Source: Oligoflexia bacterium (GTDB lineage: Bacteria > Bdellovibrionota > UBA1018). From it: DNA of 64,000 nucleotides. Below are positions 20,712 through 31,186 of the stretch, piece by piece. The stretch covers positions 288,001-352,000 of the forward strand of contig CAVWVI010000001.1 of NCBI GenBank assembly GCA_963758495.1, written 5' to 3'. The notes under the pieces were generated by a model. The model was not told where the DNA came from. It ran no database searches and saw only the letters and a program-made list of their open reading frames with translations. The translations under genes and the position numbers were made by a program. Every line of letters begins with the position of its first letter. The first letter of the stretch is position 1.

Positions 20712-20939
20712 ATGCGTAACTCAAGAAATGCATTCCTTGCTCTGGCAGTACTCGGTGGAATTTTTGCGTGGCGTAATCGATTTGCAATTCAACGTAGACT
20801 TGAATCATGGGGCATCCGAACTCCTCTTTTAGAGGGGAGCATTGAAGAAGCGGCACGCTCAGTTGCGTCGAAAGCCAGTGGAAAGATGAAGCACGGCGCC
20901 ACTATCGCCGAAGATATTATGAGCCGAAAAGCTGGCTAA
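20712..20939 (+). CDS. Small membrane-anchored hypothetical protein
   Basis: GGAG RBS, N-terminal TM segment, sigma54-like site upstream. Confidence 0.6.
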   Translation: MRNSRNAFLALAVLGGIFAWRNRFAIQRRLESWGIRTPLLEGSIEEAARSVASKASGKMKHGATIAEDIMSRKAG

Positions 20940-21441
20940 ATTAAGACCAGTGTCAAAAGCTGTACCGCGCCAACCAAATGCTCAAGGCTCCAGTCAGCGG
21001 TCATCTGAAACTCGGGCGGCGTGATTTCCTGCATCGGCAAGCACACACTACCGTAGCCTTCTTCGACTAGCTTGCGCTCGGGTTCCCAAAATGGTCCCAG
21101 TGCATCCTTATATAGTTTCATCACGACCGCATCGATCTCAGGTGTGATCGTGCAAAGTTCGTAACACCAAAATGCCAGCACGCCCGTGGGCCGCAGTACA
21201 CGATTAGCTTCAGCGAAGAACTCATCGTGCTTGAACCAAGGACCAATATCATCTGCTTGACCGACGCGTCCCATTGCGGTCGCTGCTCCAAGCTGTTTTC
21301 TAGCCTCATCCGTTCTTCCGCCGCCAAAGTCCGTGTCTAGGGCACCGGGAGCGACGATATTAGATCGTATTTTTCTATCAGCAAATTCTCGGGCCAGGTA
21401 CACAACATGGTGAAGACTTCCATTGCCCCTTTAACCGCACC
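20936..21441 (-). pseudogene. Chimeric remnant: SDR C-terminal fragment joined to a class I SAM methyltransferase fragment
   Basis: GAVKGAMEVF/YLAREF...NIVAPGALDTDF...GRVGQADDIG (SDR), then WFKHDEFFAEANRVLRPTGVLAFWCY (MTase). Confidence 0.7.
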
Positions 21442-21976
21442 TTGAACTACCTGCCCCTCACAAGGGGCGAGGATTCCTGATCCACAGCTCCTAAGCTGTT
21501 TTTTCAACAGGCACTGACCCTGGTTCCCAAGGAGAGAAGCGATAGGCCCGCTTCTTGATCACTTTCGCTGCATTCCTATCTGCATTTTCTTGCTGACCAC
21601 ATTCACTGCATTCAAATACCGATTGGCTCTTCCGGCTTTTTGCATCCACGTGTCCACAAACGCTGCACTCACAGGAGGTGTTTTTAGGTGGAACAGCTAC
21701 AAACCAGCGCCCATTCCACTGACATTTATAGCGGAGTACTTCAAAGATCCGACCCATGGAGACTCTTAAAATGGCTCGATTCAAACCTGATTTCTGAGCT
21801 ACATTTCGTCCCGGCTCTTGAACGGTTCCTTGAGCCGAGGCGGTCATGTTCTTTATCCTCAGATCTTCTACGGCAATCCCCCCATAGGATTTCACTAAGG
21901 CTGTAGTCACCTGTTGAATAAAATCTTCTTTAATTCTCCGAATTCTACGATAAAGCTTGTATTGTGCGCCTGTCAC
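21442..21976 (-). mobile_element. tnpB: Truncated IS200/IS605-family remnant: tnpB 3' half (21491-21976) plus right end
   Basis: IAVEDL, CSVCG/CSECG zinc finger, NADRNAA. Right end GGAATCCTCGCCCCTTGTGAGGGGCAGGTAGTTCAA finishes at 21442 and abuts the SDR remnant. Confidence 0.85.
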
Positions 21977-22083
21977 GAAGGACGAGTTTAAGTTAAATCA
22001 TCATGATGACATCGCTTTTTTGATAACTTGATGATGAGTGGGTTCAGATCGCCACTTTACCTTGATGAATACATGAGTTCTTT

Positions 22084-22440
22084 ATGGTTTTTTGCAATTC
22101 ATCCTTCGTGGCAGGCGCACAATGTAAGTTTACCAGCAAGAATGGAACAATCTCAATCTTGGCAGATGAGCTGCAAGGGGCCATACAGATAAAAGTCTTA
22201 GACAACGGAGCAGGAATTGCCCATGAAAATATTCCTAAGGTTTTCGATCGATTCTGGCAAGCGAAGGACCTGCTCTATCGTGGCACTGGACTTGGACTAC
22301 CTATCTCTAAGGGTCTCGTTGAGGCAAATGGGGGGAAGATTTGGGTAGAAAGCAAGCCCGGCGTTGGAAGTACCTTTTTCTTTACTTTGCCAATCTATAA
22401 TAAAGAGGAGTTTAAGCAATGGTACAAAAAACCGGCTTAA
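22084..22440 (+). pseudogene. Histidine kinase HATPase C-terminal fragment
   Basis: DNGAG, GTGLGL and GSTF motifs; no HisKA domain. Confidence 0.75.
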
Positions 22441-22682
22441 GAAGCTTGTCTAAATGGTAACTGATATTTAAGCGAGAGGCGAAAAGGTTAAAAAAAGTAA
22501 AAAAGTTAACATGCGGAGATCACGCGACGTATCACACTACATTGGACCTTTTAGGTTGTGGCGAGTTCCGGTAGAGATCGATAACAGTTATATATCACTC
22601 TCCTTCACGTTTATGAACTTGCTGGCAAAGGTGATGAGTTTGCCACTACCATTTTCACTGATCCATTGAGCGACGGCTTTTT

Positions 22683-23537
22683 TCATTGGAGACAGCACTT
22701 CTTAAACTTCTTCCCACTACCGCATGGGCAGGGGTCATTGCGTCCTGCTTTCTCAGATTTCACGATGGGTGAATGAGTCGGGTGACGTTTTCGATAATCA
22801 GCATAGAGCCTCACCAGTTGCTTATGACGTTTTGAAAACTGGCTAAGAATATCAGGGTACTTTTCCTTGAACTGACTCCAAACATCCTGGGCTGGTCGGC
22901 TCAACCCGTCCCCTGGATCTACGCTGCTGATCACTCCTGTCTTATAGTGAAGGTCTATCATGGGAGGTATGCCTTCAGTTTGCTTTCCATCCTTAATTGG
23001 AATCAAGCACACGGCTACGCTGTCGCAATCACAGCCGCTTCTCAGGCAATAGTGCTCGTCAATGATGATGCAGTTCGAATACTCCCCAAGAATAAGCTTG
23101 TTCCCGTGTGGAAGGACTTCACTGTATGGAACTCGCTCCCCATGAACCTCAATGTCCTGAGCCATTTGAAAGTGAGCTTTGGTTTTCTCAAAGTCAAGGT
23201 TCTCGGTCATAAAAAGTTTCATATTTGAAAAAACGTCAAACAACGATTTCCAGTCAGCAGTGTCAAACTGCTCGATGAGAGCATCAGTAATCAAGCGATG
23301 CTTGTCTTCATCCTTATATGTTGAACGTCTTTTATCTAAAACATCGACTCTGAAGGTAGCAACAATCGTTTTCTGGTCAGGGTTTGCAAGACCAATTGTC
23401 ACGTCGCCACATTCACAGGCAGCATTGTCACAAACATAAAATACCATCCCCAATTGCTGCCCAGCCCAAGGCCCATTAGGGACGGTAAGGCGTCCTAGCT
23501 TCTTGCCTTCATAGGTTTGGATCTCGACTAAAGACAT
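22683..23537 (-). CDS. SEC-C motif protein with duplicated Cys-rich domain
   Basis: C-terminal [18 protein letters not shown]; internal CDNAACEC and CLRSGCDC. Confidence 0.85.
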   Translation of the reverse strand: MSLVEIQTYEGKKLGRLTVPNGPWAGQQLGMVFYVCDNAACECGDVTIGLANPDQKTIVATFRVDVLDKRRSTYKDEDKHRLITDALIEQFDTADWKSLFDVFSNMKLFMTENLDFEKTKAHFQMAQDIEVHGERVPYSEVLPHGNKLILGEYSNCIIIDEHYCLRSGCDCDSVAVCLIPIKDGKQTEGIPPMIDLHYKTGVISSVDPGDGLSRPAQDVWSQFKEKYPDILSQFSKRHKQLVRLYADYRKRHPTHSPIVKSEKAGRNDPCPCGSGKKFKKCCLQ

Positions 23538-23714
23538 ACTTCAAGCCTCACTTTTCCATCCTTTTCATAATCCCAGTGGCGGTTGTCGTGCAAGTTCAAT
23601 ATGAGGGTCAGACCAGTGGAGCTTTCCAGAATCCCCTAAGACAACTCACTGCGCGAGTGCCTTCGATATTACCTCGTCCTGTTAAACACACATTCTGTCA
23701 CACATTGATCTCAA

Positions 23715-23822
23715 CCCTAAGCGAGGCGTTTGACTTTGTGTATGATCTCGCCAAGAAGAAAGTCATCACCGATGAAAGACATTCTGAGGATCCACAGGCT
23801 ATTTTATTACAGGATTGATGAG
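23715..23822 (+). pseudogene. Fic-family N-terminal fragment, frameshifted
   Basis: SEAFDFVYDLAKKKVIT / KDILRIHRLFYYRIDE spread over two frames. Confidence 0.5.
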
Positions 23823-23899
23823 GTTGCCAGAGAGCATGGGAAAAATGCTTTGATCGCGACTGGACCTTGTGTTGGAATCAATGAAGAAGGAGAAACGTC

Positions 23900-24385
23900 A
23901 TGGGAAAAAATGAATTCAAAATAGAGCGCATTTTCAACGCCCCGCGCGAAATGGTATTCAAGGCTTGGACTAACCCAGTGTACGTCAAGCAGTGGTGGGG
24001 ACCCGAACAATTTACATCGCCCCATTGTAAAATAGATTTCAAAGTCGGAGGACAATTCCACTTTTGCATGCGCTCACCGAATGGAGCTGAATACTGGAAT
24101 ATTGGAACATATAAAGAAATTGTCGTGCCGGAGAGGATCGTGACAATCATGCACTTTAGCGACAAAGATGCCAATATCCTTCCCTCGTCACATCACTTCG
24201 GGGAATCGGACTTTCCGAATGAAATGATAGACATTGTCACTTTTGAAAAACTCGAAGGAGTCAAAACAAAACTAACCCTTTGCCGAAATCATTCCATTGA
24301 TCTTGCCAACAAGTTCGGTGAAGTCCAGGGCTGGAACAGTTCGCTGGATAAGTTTGCAACGGTAGTTGAAAAGTCCAAGCTCTGA
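23900..24385 (+). CDS. SRPBCC/AHSA1-like protein
   Basis: ERIFNAPREMVFKAWT...WWGP...GWNSSLDK. Confidence 0.9.
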   Translation: MGKNEFKIERIFNAPREMVFKAWTNPVYVKQWWGPEQFTSPHCKIDFKVGGQFHFCMRSPNGAEYWNIGTYKEIVVPERIVTIMHFSDKDANILPSSHHFGESDFPNEMIDIVTFEKLEGVKTKLTLCRNHSIDLANKFGEVQGWNSSLDKFATVVEKSKL

Positions 24386-24687
24386 GTGGGTATTCCGTTT
24401 CTGGTTTTCGGAAATAATTTCTGAGTTTGGTTCGTCATCGTCTCAGATGACGATGGGTTGATTACCCAAAGAATCGATATTTATTCCCTTTTTTTGGATA
24501 TTCTTTTCAGCTTTCCCCGGTCTTTTTTTGAAGATGGCAGCCTTTTCGTTCGTTTGCTCAAGCTCTCCTTCACGCGAAACTTGACGATCTGGCTGACCAG
24601 GGCAAGAGCTGATTCCTATTCTGGGTCGATTTTGAAAAGGTGCCTTGTCCATTTCTTTTTCTAACGAACGTGCTAGGTTTTGTCGAG

Positions 24688-26160
24688 ATGAGCAGCAGCA
24701 GATTTTATTATGGCCTACACTGGTTTCGCCGGGATCTTAGGGTTGTTTCCAATCCTGCCCTAACGCGGAACTTAGAACACCACAATGGCAGGGTCGTCGG
24801 GATTTTTTTCTTCGACTCGAAATTTCTCGCTCGGTCAGACTTTTCAAACAATCGTTTTGCTTTTTTTTTGAAAACACTGACTGCCTTGCGCGAAGAGATG
24901 GCCGCAGTGGGCGGAGACCTATTAGTATTGAACAGTCCCCCTTTAGAGGGTTTTGTAGAAGTTTTTGCAAAAATCCGAGACTTCAAAGGATCTCTTCCAC
25001 AGCTTTGCTCTTTCAACCGGGACTATGAGCCGTTTGCCCGCGATAGAGATGCGCGGGTAGAGCAAGTTCTTTTTAAGGACTATGGAATCAAAACACTGAC
25101 AACCCAAGATCATCTTCTACTTGAGCCTCAAGAAGTGCGGCGGCCCGATGGCGGCACCTATCAAGTATTTACCCCCTTTTCTAAGACCTGGCTTTCTCAC
25201 TTCGTTTTGTCTTCCTGTCAGGGTCGTCTTACGGAGGCAAAGACTGGTCTTCGATCACTGGATCAACGAGAACGAGGACAGAGTCCTAATAAAAGTTTTT
25301 ACTTGAAGTGGGCAGACCTGCTTGGGGGATCGGAACCCTTTAAGGACCCACTCACGACATTTACTGAAGCCAATAGAAAAAAAGTCACGGTACCGATACC
25401 AGATGCTGGAAGCTTGGCTGCATACAGAAAGTTACTAAGCTTTAAAGAGAAACTTGCCCACTATGCTAAGGGCCGCGACTACCCGGCCGAGAAAAATACT
25501 TCACACCTGTCCATTTACTTAAAAAATGGGTCTTTGACGACAGCACAGGTTTTTGGTGTCCTGGGGGATCAACCGAACGCTCAGCCCTTCTTGAGACAAC
25601 TCATTTGGCGGGAGTTTTACTATCATATTTTATTTCATCATCCTCGCGTAGAAACTGAGGCATTTAGGGAAAAATATCGAACCCTAAAATGGAAAAACCG
25701 CACCGATTGGTTTGATGCTTGGAAACAAGGACGAACAGGCTATCCGATAGTGGACGCAGGAATGCGTCAACTCCTGACTACAGGGTTAATGCATAATCGG
25801 GTAAGAATGATTGTCGCCTCTTTCCTAACTAAAGACCTCCTCATTGACTGGAGATGGGGGGAACAATGGTTCATGCAAAACCTGCTGGATGGAGACTTAG
25901 CAGCGAATAATGGAGGTTGGCAGTGGGCGGCTTCGACCGGATGTGATCCTCAACCCTATTTTCGTATATTCAATCCAGAATTACAGAGTCGTCGTTTCGA
26001 CTCGAAAGGGGACTATATCCGCCAGTATGTACCGGAACTCAAGGACTGCTCAGACCGGGAAATTCATGCTCCTCCGAATCATAAATACCTCGGGGTCTAT
26101 CCTGCCCCCATTGTCAATCACGCTGAGCAAAAACTAGCAGCCCTACGGTTATTTCAGTAA
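24688..26160 (+). CDS. phrB: Deoxyribodipyrimidine photolyase (cryptochrome/photolyase family)
   Basis: WFRRDLR, TGYPIVDAGMRQL, MHNRVRM, NNGGWQW and RIFNP motifs. Confidence 0.9.
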   Translation: MSSSRFYYGLHWFRRDLRVVSNPALTRNLEHHNGRVVGIFFFDSKFLARSDFSNNRFAFFLKTLTALREEMAAVGGDLLVLNSPPLEGFVEVFAKIRDFKGSLPQLCSFNRDYEPFARDRDARVEQVLFKDYGIKTLTTQDHLLLEPQEVRRPDGGTYQVFTPFSKTWLSHFVLSSCQGRLTEAKTGLRSLDQRERGQSPNKSFYLKWADLLGGSEPFKDPLTTFTEANRKKVTVPIPDAGSLAAYRKLLSFKEKLAHYAKGRDYPAEKNTSHLSIYLKNGSLTTAQVFGVLGDQPNAQPFLRQLIWREFYYHILFHHPRVETEAFREKYRTLKWKNRTDWFDAWKQGRTGYPIVDAGMRQLLTTGLMHNRVRMIVASFLTKDLLIDWRWGEQWFMQNLLDGDLAANNGGWQWAASTGCDPQPYFRIFNPELQSRRFDSKGDYIRQYVPELKDCSDREIHAPPNHKYLGVYPAPIVNHAEQKLAALRLFQ

Positions 26161-26388
26161 AAGGAGTCCCGAAGTTCTGGCCAAAGAAGACGCGACCTTA
26201 AGAAGCGTTTTTGAGGCATAGCGCCGCATTGATTTTATCGAAGCTACAGAAAGTGTGGATACCAACGCTTGGAGCAGGCGGTTTCTGTAGAGTCCATTAA
26301 ATGCAGCAACGAGTAAGTAAGACTCCTACGTCGAGACTTATTGAATCCATTGGTCCATAGATTGCTTCTATGAAAGCTAGATAAGAGA

Positions 26389-27213
26389 GTGAGAATTTTA
26401 AAAAAAAAGGATAAGCCTGTGATTCTTTCTTTAAAAAATTTGTCCGGCTATTCGGTCCATGGGAAAGAAGGAGAAGTCGGAAAAGCAGATCAATTCTATT
26501 TTGATGATGAGAAATGGACTATTCGATATTTCATTGTAGATACTGGCCCATGGTTTAGCAGATCAAAACTACTCGTATCTCCTCTTGCGATACAAAATAT
26601 AGACTCCTCAAACCGAACCATTGTAACAAACCTCACTCGGAATCAACTTCTTAAAAGCCCTGATATCGATACTGACATGCCTATTTCTCAACAAACTGAG
26701 ATGCAATATTTAGATTACTACAAGTGGCCTTACTACTGGACCGGTGCTGGCGTCTGGGGGACAGGTGCCACTCTCGAGGGAGGCTTTTCACTTCCTCCTT
26801 CCTTCGAAAACTCAGAAGTCGAGCTCGGTACAATGCCAAAGAATGAGGACAAAAGTGACTCTCATCTCAGATCTACAAAAGAGGTTTTTGGATATCATGT
26901 CGATGCGACTGATGCCGAATTCGGTAGATTAGATGATTTTATTGTAGACGAGTCAAACTGGACTGTGCGTTATCTAGTAGTCCACCTTAGAAAATGGCTA
27001 CCGTCAAAAACAGTACTCATATCTCGGGAATGGGCCGAATCCTTCAGTCTGAGACAAAAGAAAATCCGAGTATCGGTTTCACGGGATCAGATCCAAGGAA
27101 GTCCAGAGTTTAATCCGGATGCACTACTAAATCGCGAATATGAAGCGCAATTACACGAACATTATGGCCGAGAAAAATACTGGGAAAGAAAACGACCCAA
27201 ATCTGCAGCTTGA
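26389..27213 (+). CDS. PRC-barrel domain protein (two barrels)
   Basis: FYFDDEKWTIRYFIVDTG and FIVDESNWTVRYLVV. Confidence 0.85.
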   Translation: MRILKKKDKPVILSLKNLSGYSVHGKEGEVGKADQFYFDDEKWTIRYFIVDTGPWFSRSKLLVSPLAIQNIDSSNRTIVTNLTRNQLLKSPDIDTDMPISQQTEMQYLDYYKWPYYWTGAGVWGTGATLEGGFSLPPSFENSEVELGTMPKNEDKSDSHLRSTKEVFGYHVDATDAEFGRLDDFIVDESNWTVRYLVVHLRKWLPSKTVLISREWAESFSLRQKKIRVSVSRDQIQGSPEFNPDALLNREYEAQLHEHYGREKYWERKRPKSAA

Positions 27214-27431
27214 ATCACTTTGCAAATTCGAATGCTCTCTCGAATGCCTCGGTTCTCTTGATTTGTAAAAGTCTAGACTTTGGCCGAAAATGCCCAACAA
27301 CTTATCGAGGCTAATAATGCCAATCAAAGGTTGAAATAGACAACTCAATAAATCAGGGCAGACGTACGGCCGCGCTGCACTATCGGTAGGCAGCATTTTA
27401 GTGCGGCCGGAACCAAGATCAAAGCTCAACA

Positions 27432-27951
27432 CTGAGTACTCCGATTGACGGCATGGTGGGGCTTATTTTGGCTGGTGAAACACTTACGAGAGACTTCTGT
27501 GCTGTGAGGATGGGATCGCAATCCGGCTGGCAAGGAGTGGCTATCCCGTTTTGTTTTCCCCTGGGGAAAAGGGAGTGGCACAATTGAAAGTAGGGGCAGT
27601 GAGTTATAGGGTTCTGTTAAAGTGCTTCAGTGATATTCTTCCTGAAATGTAAAGTAAACTGGCCAACCACCGTGTGTTGGTACACTTACTTTCTTTACTA
27701 CTTCGGAAACTTGGCCAGCAAGCATATGAAAAACAGAGCATATACTAAACTTTACATAAATACTAAATCTAATATCTCCGGACATCACCACGCCTCACCT
27801 CTCACTACCCCAAACCTCCAAAACAGAACAAAGCGAGGCACCTCCTCCTTGGCAAGCCGGATTGCGGTTTCGTTTTATTGCAAAGGCGTCTCTCGTAAGT
27901 GTCTCACCAGCCAAAATAAGCCCCACCATAAAGTCGCCCGGAGCGCCCCAG
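27432..27951. repeat. Gene-less element with long imperfect inverted repeats (MITE/REPIN-like)
   Basis: 27453-27494 matches the reverse complement of 27888-27929 at 41/42. Weaker similarity continues inward (CGCAATCCGGCT, AAGGAG) and outward (CTG..CTCCG..GAC). Outer ends are approximate. Confidence 0.8.
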
Positions 27952-28140
27952 GTACGACCTCAATTTCGGAAGCGATCATACTGGCTTCCTCTGCAGTAGA
28001 CTTTTCGAAATAGTGAGGAACGGATCCACGTAACGTAACAATCCCATCTTTCGCAGCAACACTGAATTGAGTAGCGGTCACACTTGGATCCCACTTCAGT
28101 TCACTCATAACATCCTCGACAATCTTCGAGTCTTTCTTTT
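27952..28140 (-). pseudogene. BON-domain protein fragment truncated at the inverted-repeat element
   Basis: ELKWDPSV...VAAKDGIVTLRGSVPHYFEK; the frame runs on into the repeat. Confidence 0.7.
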
Positions 28141-28254
28141 TAAAATTAAACTTATCATTCCCCTTTGTTGCTTGGTTCCTACCGATCAGGACATAGATGA
28201 CTGCACGTTCATCTATGAATTGTAATTATGAGTTGCAGTTTTCAATAATTGAAG

Positions 28255-28271
28255 TGCATCGAATATGCCCA
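28255..28271 (-). promoter_or_regulatory. Putative sigma54 (-24/-12) promoter
   Basis: TGGGCATATTCGATGCA (GG-N10-GC); identical 17-mer at 33504-33520. Confidence 0.55.
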
Positions 28272-29080
28272 GAACTAAAAGACTTTGTTTTACCATTCTA
28301 GTTCTGCCATAACGCCAAAATGATCCGACGGATAGACCGGCATGGGACGGTTTAAAACAACATCGCAGGTAAGAATATTCGTCGAGCTTGAACAAAATAT
28401 GTAATCCATACGCCGGTTAGGTTCTTGGCAACCGTGTGTGAGAGGATTCTTATTGTCCCAAGTATTTCCTGGTTCATTCACGTGTATTGCTCGGTAGGCG
28501 TCTCGAAAATGTTCAGAAATCAAGCATATGACGGGCTCATCTTCAGTAGCATTGAAGTCGCCTAACAGAATACATCGCGAGGAAGAATCATTAGCGCTAG
28601 GAAGGATCTCTTGAAGAATCATCCCCATTTGCACCAGGCGGTTTTCCGTCTCTTCTGGTTTCCACGATAAATGCGTAGTCGCCAACTTAAGCGGTCCTTC
28701 TGGAGTCAGTAGAGTGACGATCATTGCTACCCGTACGTCTTGAATTCGATCGTGCCCTGGGCAAAGTCTTCAGTTACGAATATTTCCAATTGGCCAACGT
28801 GAGACAAGGGCAACACCACCTTGATCTCGACTCATGACTTCTACAGGATTTCCATAGGGAGCGAAGGCAGAAATGGGAAGTCCTACGGCTTCCCCCACAG
28901 TTCTCGCTTGATCATACAGAATTCCCCTACTACTTCTAATCGTACTCTCTTGGAAGCACACCAAATCAGGATTGAGAGACTTAAGTTCTCCAACGAGCGC
29001 ACCGAAACGCCTCTCAAACCAATCCAAACCAAGCCCTTTCAGATTAATTGTAACGCAACGAACTGCTGCAAAAAACGTGT

Positions 29081-30352
29081 TCAAACGTAGTTACCTACTT
29101 TGATCTCTTTTTTTACATTTATACATGTTTCTCGTTTCAAACCAGACAACTTACGACTTGCAAATCTCTTGCGAGATGCACAAGGCATAGAGGCTCTCTG
29201 TCCACGAGCGTGATTTCCCCGTCGGCCACGGGTACAGTGAATCAGAATATTTCGAGAAGCATGAACATCTCTGTCCTCACGATGAGCACACTCTGAATTC
29301 ACACAGGAAAAAATCCGATCTTTTAAACTCAGGTTTTCATTTTTAGTTCGGCATTTACGACATTCTTTCGAAGAAGGGAAAAATCGCTCTGCATAAAGGA
29401 CTTTCCCGCCTCTTTGGGCTGTCTTATATTTAATTTGTCTTTTGAACTCATGAAAGGAGATATCTGACAAAGAACGAGCAAGCTTGTGGTTTTTAAGCAT
29501 GCCAGCGGTGTTCAGATCTTCAAGACAAACGATTCCGAATTGATTGGCAACTTGGGTCGTTGTTTTATGGATAAAATCCAGACGAACATTGACTATTTTC
29601 TGATGAACTTTTGCTACTTTTTTTGCTGCTTTCTTCCTCCTCTTACTCCCCAATGTTTTGCGATGCAAAGAACGATTCTCTCTTGCTAATTTCTTGAGAT
29701 GTTTTCTAAGTGACTTCGGACCCCGAAACTTCCTCCCAGTTGATAAAGTCAAATCTGTCTCAAGACCTAAATCGCCTGCAACTGACTGAAGAGGGTTTTT
29801 ACATTTACGGTGAGGAAGTGGGGTTTCAACTTGAATGGAAATAAACCAACGATCCGCATTCCTTCCAATGGTTGCTCCTAAGACCTTCCCAGAGAATCGT
29901 AATGACTCCACTAAAGAAACTTTTCCAATGTGAGGAAGGTCTACAAATTGATCCTGAACCGAAAACTGATCATTGGAAATATAGAAGGAATCCCTAGATT
30001 TCCCCTTCTTTTTAAATCGGGGTTGCTTCGTTTTACGAGATGTCTTCTTGTTCAAATCACGAAAGTAATTTGCCCAAGCTGCCCCTAAATCGGCTAAAGC
30101 CCCTTCAGGAGCGCATTTAGTGACCTCATACATCCATGGAAATTGCACTTCCTTGAGTGAGTTGAGCTTTTTCTTTAATGCCATCCAATTCGGCCGCTCT
30201 CCCTCTTGATACTGCTTCTTCCATTCTGCCAATCCCCAGTTATAAGAAAACCGCGCTACTCCGCATGCCTTTTGAAAATACAAGACCTGCTCCTCCGCAG
30301 GGAGCATCTCAATCTTATGTGCGATCTTATAGAGTAGGGTTTGTTCGGTCAT
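29081..30352 (-). CDS. tnpB: IS607-associated TnpB RNA-guided nuclease
   Basis: RFSYNW, GDLG, LEDL, zinc finger and DRDVHA; ATGA overlap with tnpA. Confidence 0.9.
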   Translation of the reverse strand: MTEQTLLYKIAHKIEMLPAEEQVLYFQKACGVARFSYNWGLAEWKKQYQEGERPNWMALKKKLNSLKEVQFPWMYEVTKCAPEGALADLGAAWANYFRDLNKKTSRKTKQPRFKKKGKSRDSFYISNDQFSVQDQFVDLPHIGKVSLVESLRFSGKVLGATIGRNADRWFISIQVETPLPHRKCKNPLQSVAGDLGLETDLTLSTGRKFRGPKSLRKHLKKLARENRSLHRKTLGSKRRKKAAKKVAKVHQKIVNVRLDFIHKTTTQVANQFGIVCLEDLNTAGMLKNHKLARSLSDISFHEFKRQIKYKTAQRGGKVLYAERFFPSSKECRKCRTKNENLSLKDRIFSCVNSECAHREDRDVHASRNILIHCTRGRRGNHARGQRASMPCASRKRFASRKLSGLKRETCINVKKEIKVGNYV

Positions 30353-30963
30353 TCCTTTTGTACAGCCATTTCTAAAATAGTCTTCTTGTATTTTCGAAGT
30401 CCATAAAGCCGCGATGAAAAGCAATGAATGATGGACATCAAATCTTTCGTCATCTCTTGTTCTGGAGAAAGGGATTCTTGATTCATGACTGCAATCTGAG
30501 TGCCATGAAGTTTGCAAAAATGCTCAAACCATTCAAACCCAAATCGAACTAACCTATCTTTATGAGCCACAATGATCTCTGCGATCTCGCCCCGCTCAAC
30601 ACGATTCATGAGCTCAATAAAATTCTTGCGCTTGTAGTTTAAGCCTGAACCTATGTCTTCATATTTTTCATGGATGATTCTGCCCGAAGCAACACAAAAC
30701 TGCTCAACAGCTTTTTTTTGAGACATGAGGTCCGGTTTTTGGGCACTTCCCGAAACGCGCACATAACTTACGTTTATCCTTTGTTTGTCTTTCTGTCCCA
30801 CTACTTGAATATAATCTTCATGGGTATAGTATCGTCTATTCGTGGGTGTTCGCTTTGCTTGAAGAATCTTTTCACGATCCCATCGTTGGAGAGTGCCGGT
30901 CGAACGACCTATGAGTAAACCAAATTGTTTTGGGCTGTATATTTTTGTATTCAAAGCAGGCAT
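30349..30963 (-). CDS. tnpA: IS607 serine recombinase transposase
   Basis: N-terminal MerR-like HTH (TLQRWD...RRYY), YVRVS catalytic Ser, DIGSG, DRLVRFG. Confidence 0.9.
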   Translation of the reverse strand: MPALNTKIYSPKQFGLLIGRSTGTLQRWDREKILQAKRTPTNRRYYTHEDYIQVVGQKDKQRINVSYVRVSGSAQKPDLMSQKKAVEQFCVASGRIIHEKYEDIGSGLNYKRKNFIELMNRVERGEIAEIIVAHKDRLVRFGFEWFEHFCKLHGTQIAVMNQESLSPEQEMTKDLMSIIHCFSSRLYGLRKYKKTILEMAVQKE

Positions 30964-31186
30964 ATATTAATATATTTATATATACTTTTTAAGTACTATT
31001 CACAACTCTCACATTTTCTCCCACAAACCAGCAACCATTACGAAAAAGCCATCTCGGAATCCATGAAATTACGGACAAAGCAAGGAGTGCGCCGTATAAC
31101 AGTTCATTGAAGATCTGAATCTGAAACCCCTCCCTGATCCCCCTTGCCATCCTGCTTTTTGCATACGACTCCCGCGGGGGTGAATC

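Larger units (their letters stand above)
29063..31005 (-). mobile_element. IS607-family insertion sequence (~1.94 kb)
   Basis: Serine tnpA plus tnpB. Both junctions share an AG(TT) core, and removal restores the host gene start. Confidence 0.85.
28290..31012 (-). pseudogene. Endonuclease/exonuclease/phosphatase family gene, interrupted by IS607 and by an in-frame TGA
   Basis: Removing the IS gives GTG-AGA-GTT-CGT... (MRVRCVTINL) behind a GGAGA RBS. Motifs PDLVCFQE, GDFN, RMDY and SDH. In-frame TGA at 28770-28772. Confidence 0.8.

Noticed and set aside
28770..28772. In-frame TGA in the EEP gene as selenocysteine or recoding
   Set aside because: No convincing SECIS, the position is not a catalytic Cys, the gene is already IS-disrupted, and other genes use TGA as stop.
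30353..30517. N-terminal extension of the IS607 TnpB ORF
   Set aside because: It overlaps tnpA. The ATG at 30352, coupled to the tnpA stop, is the plausible start.
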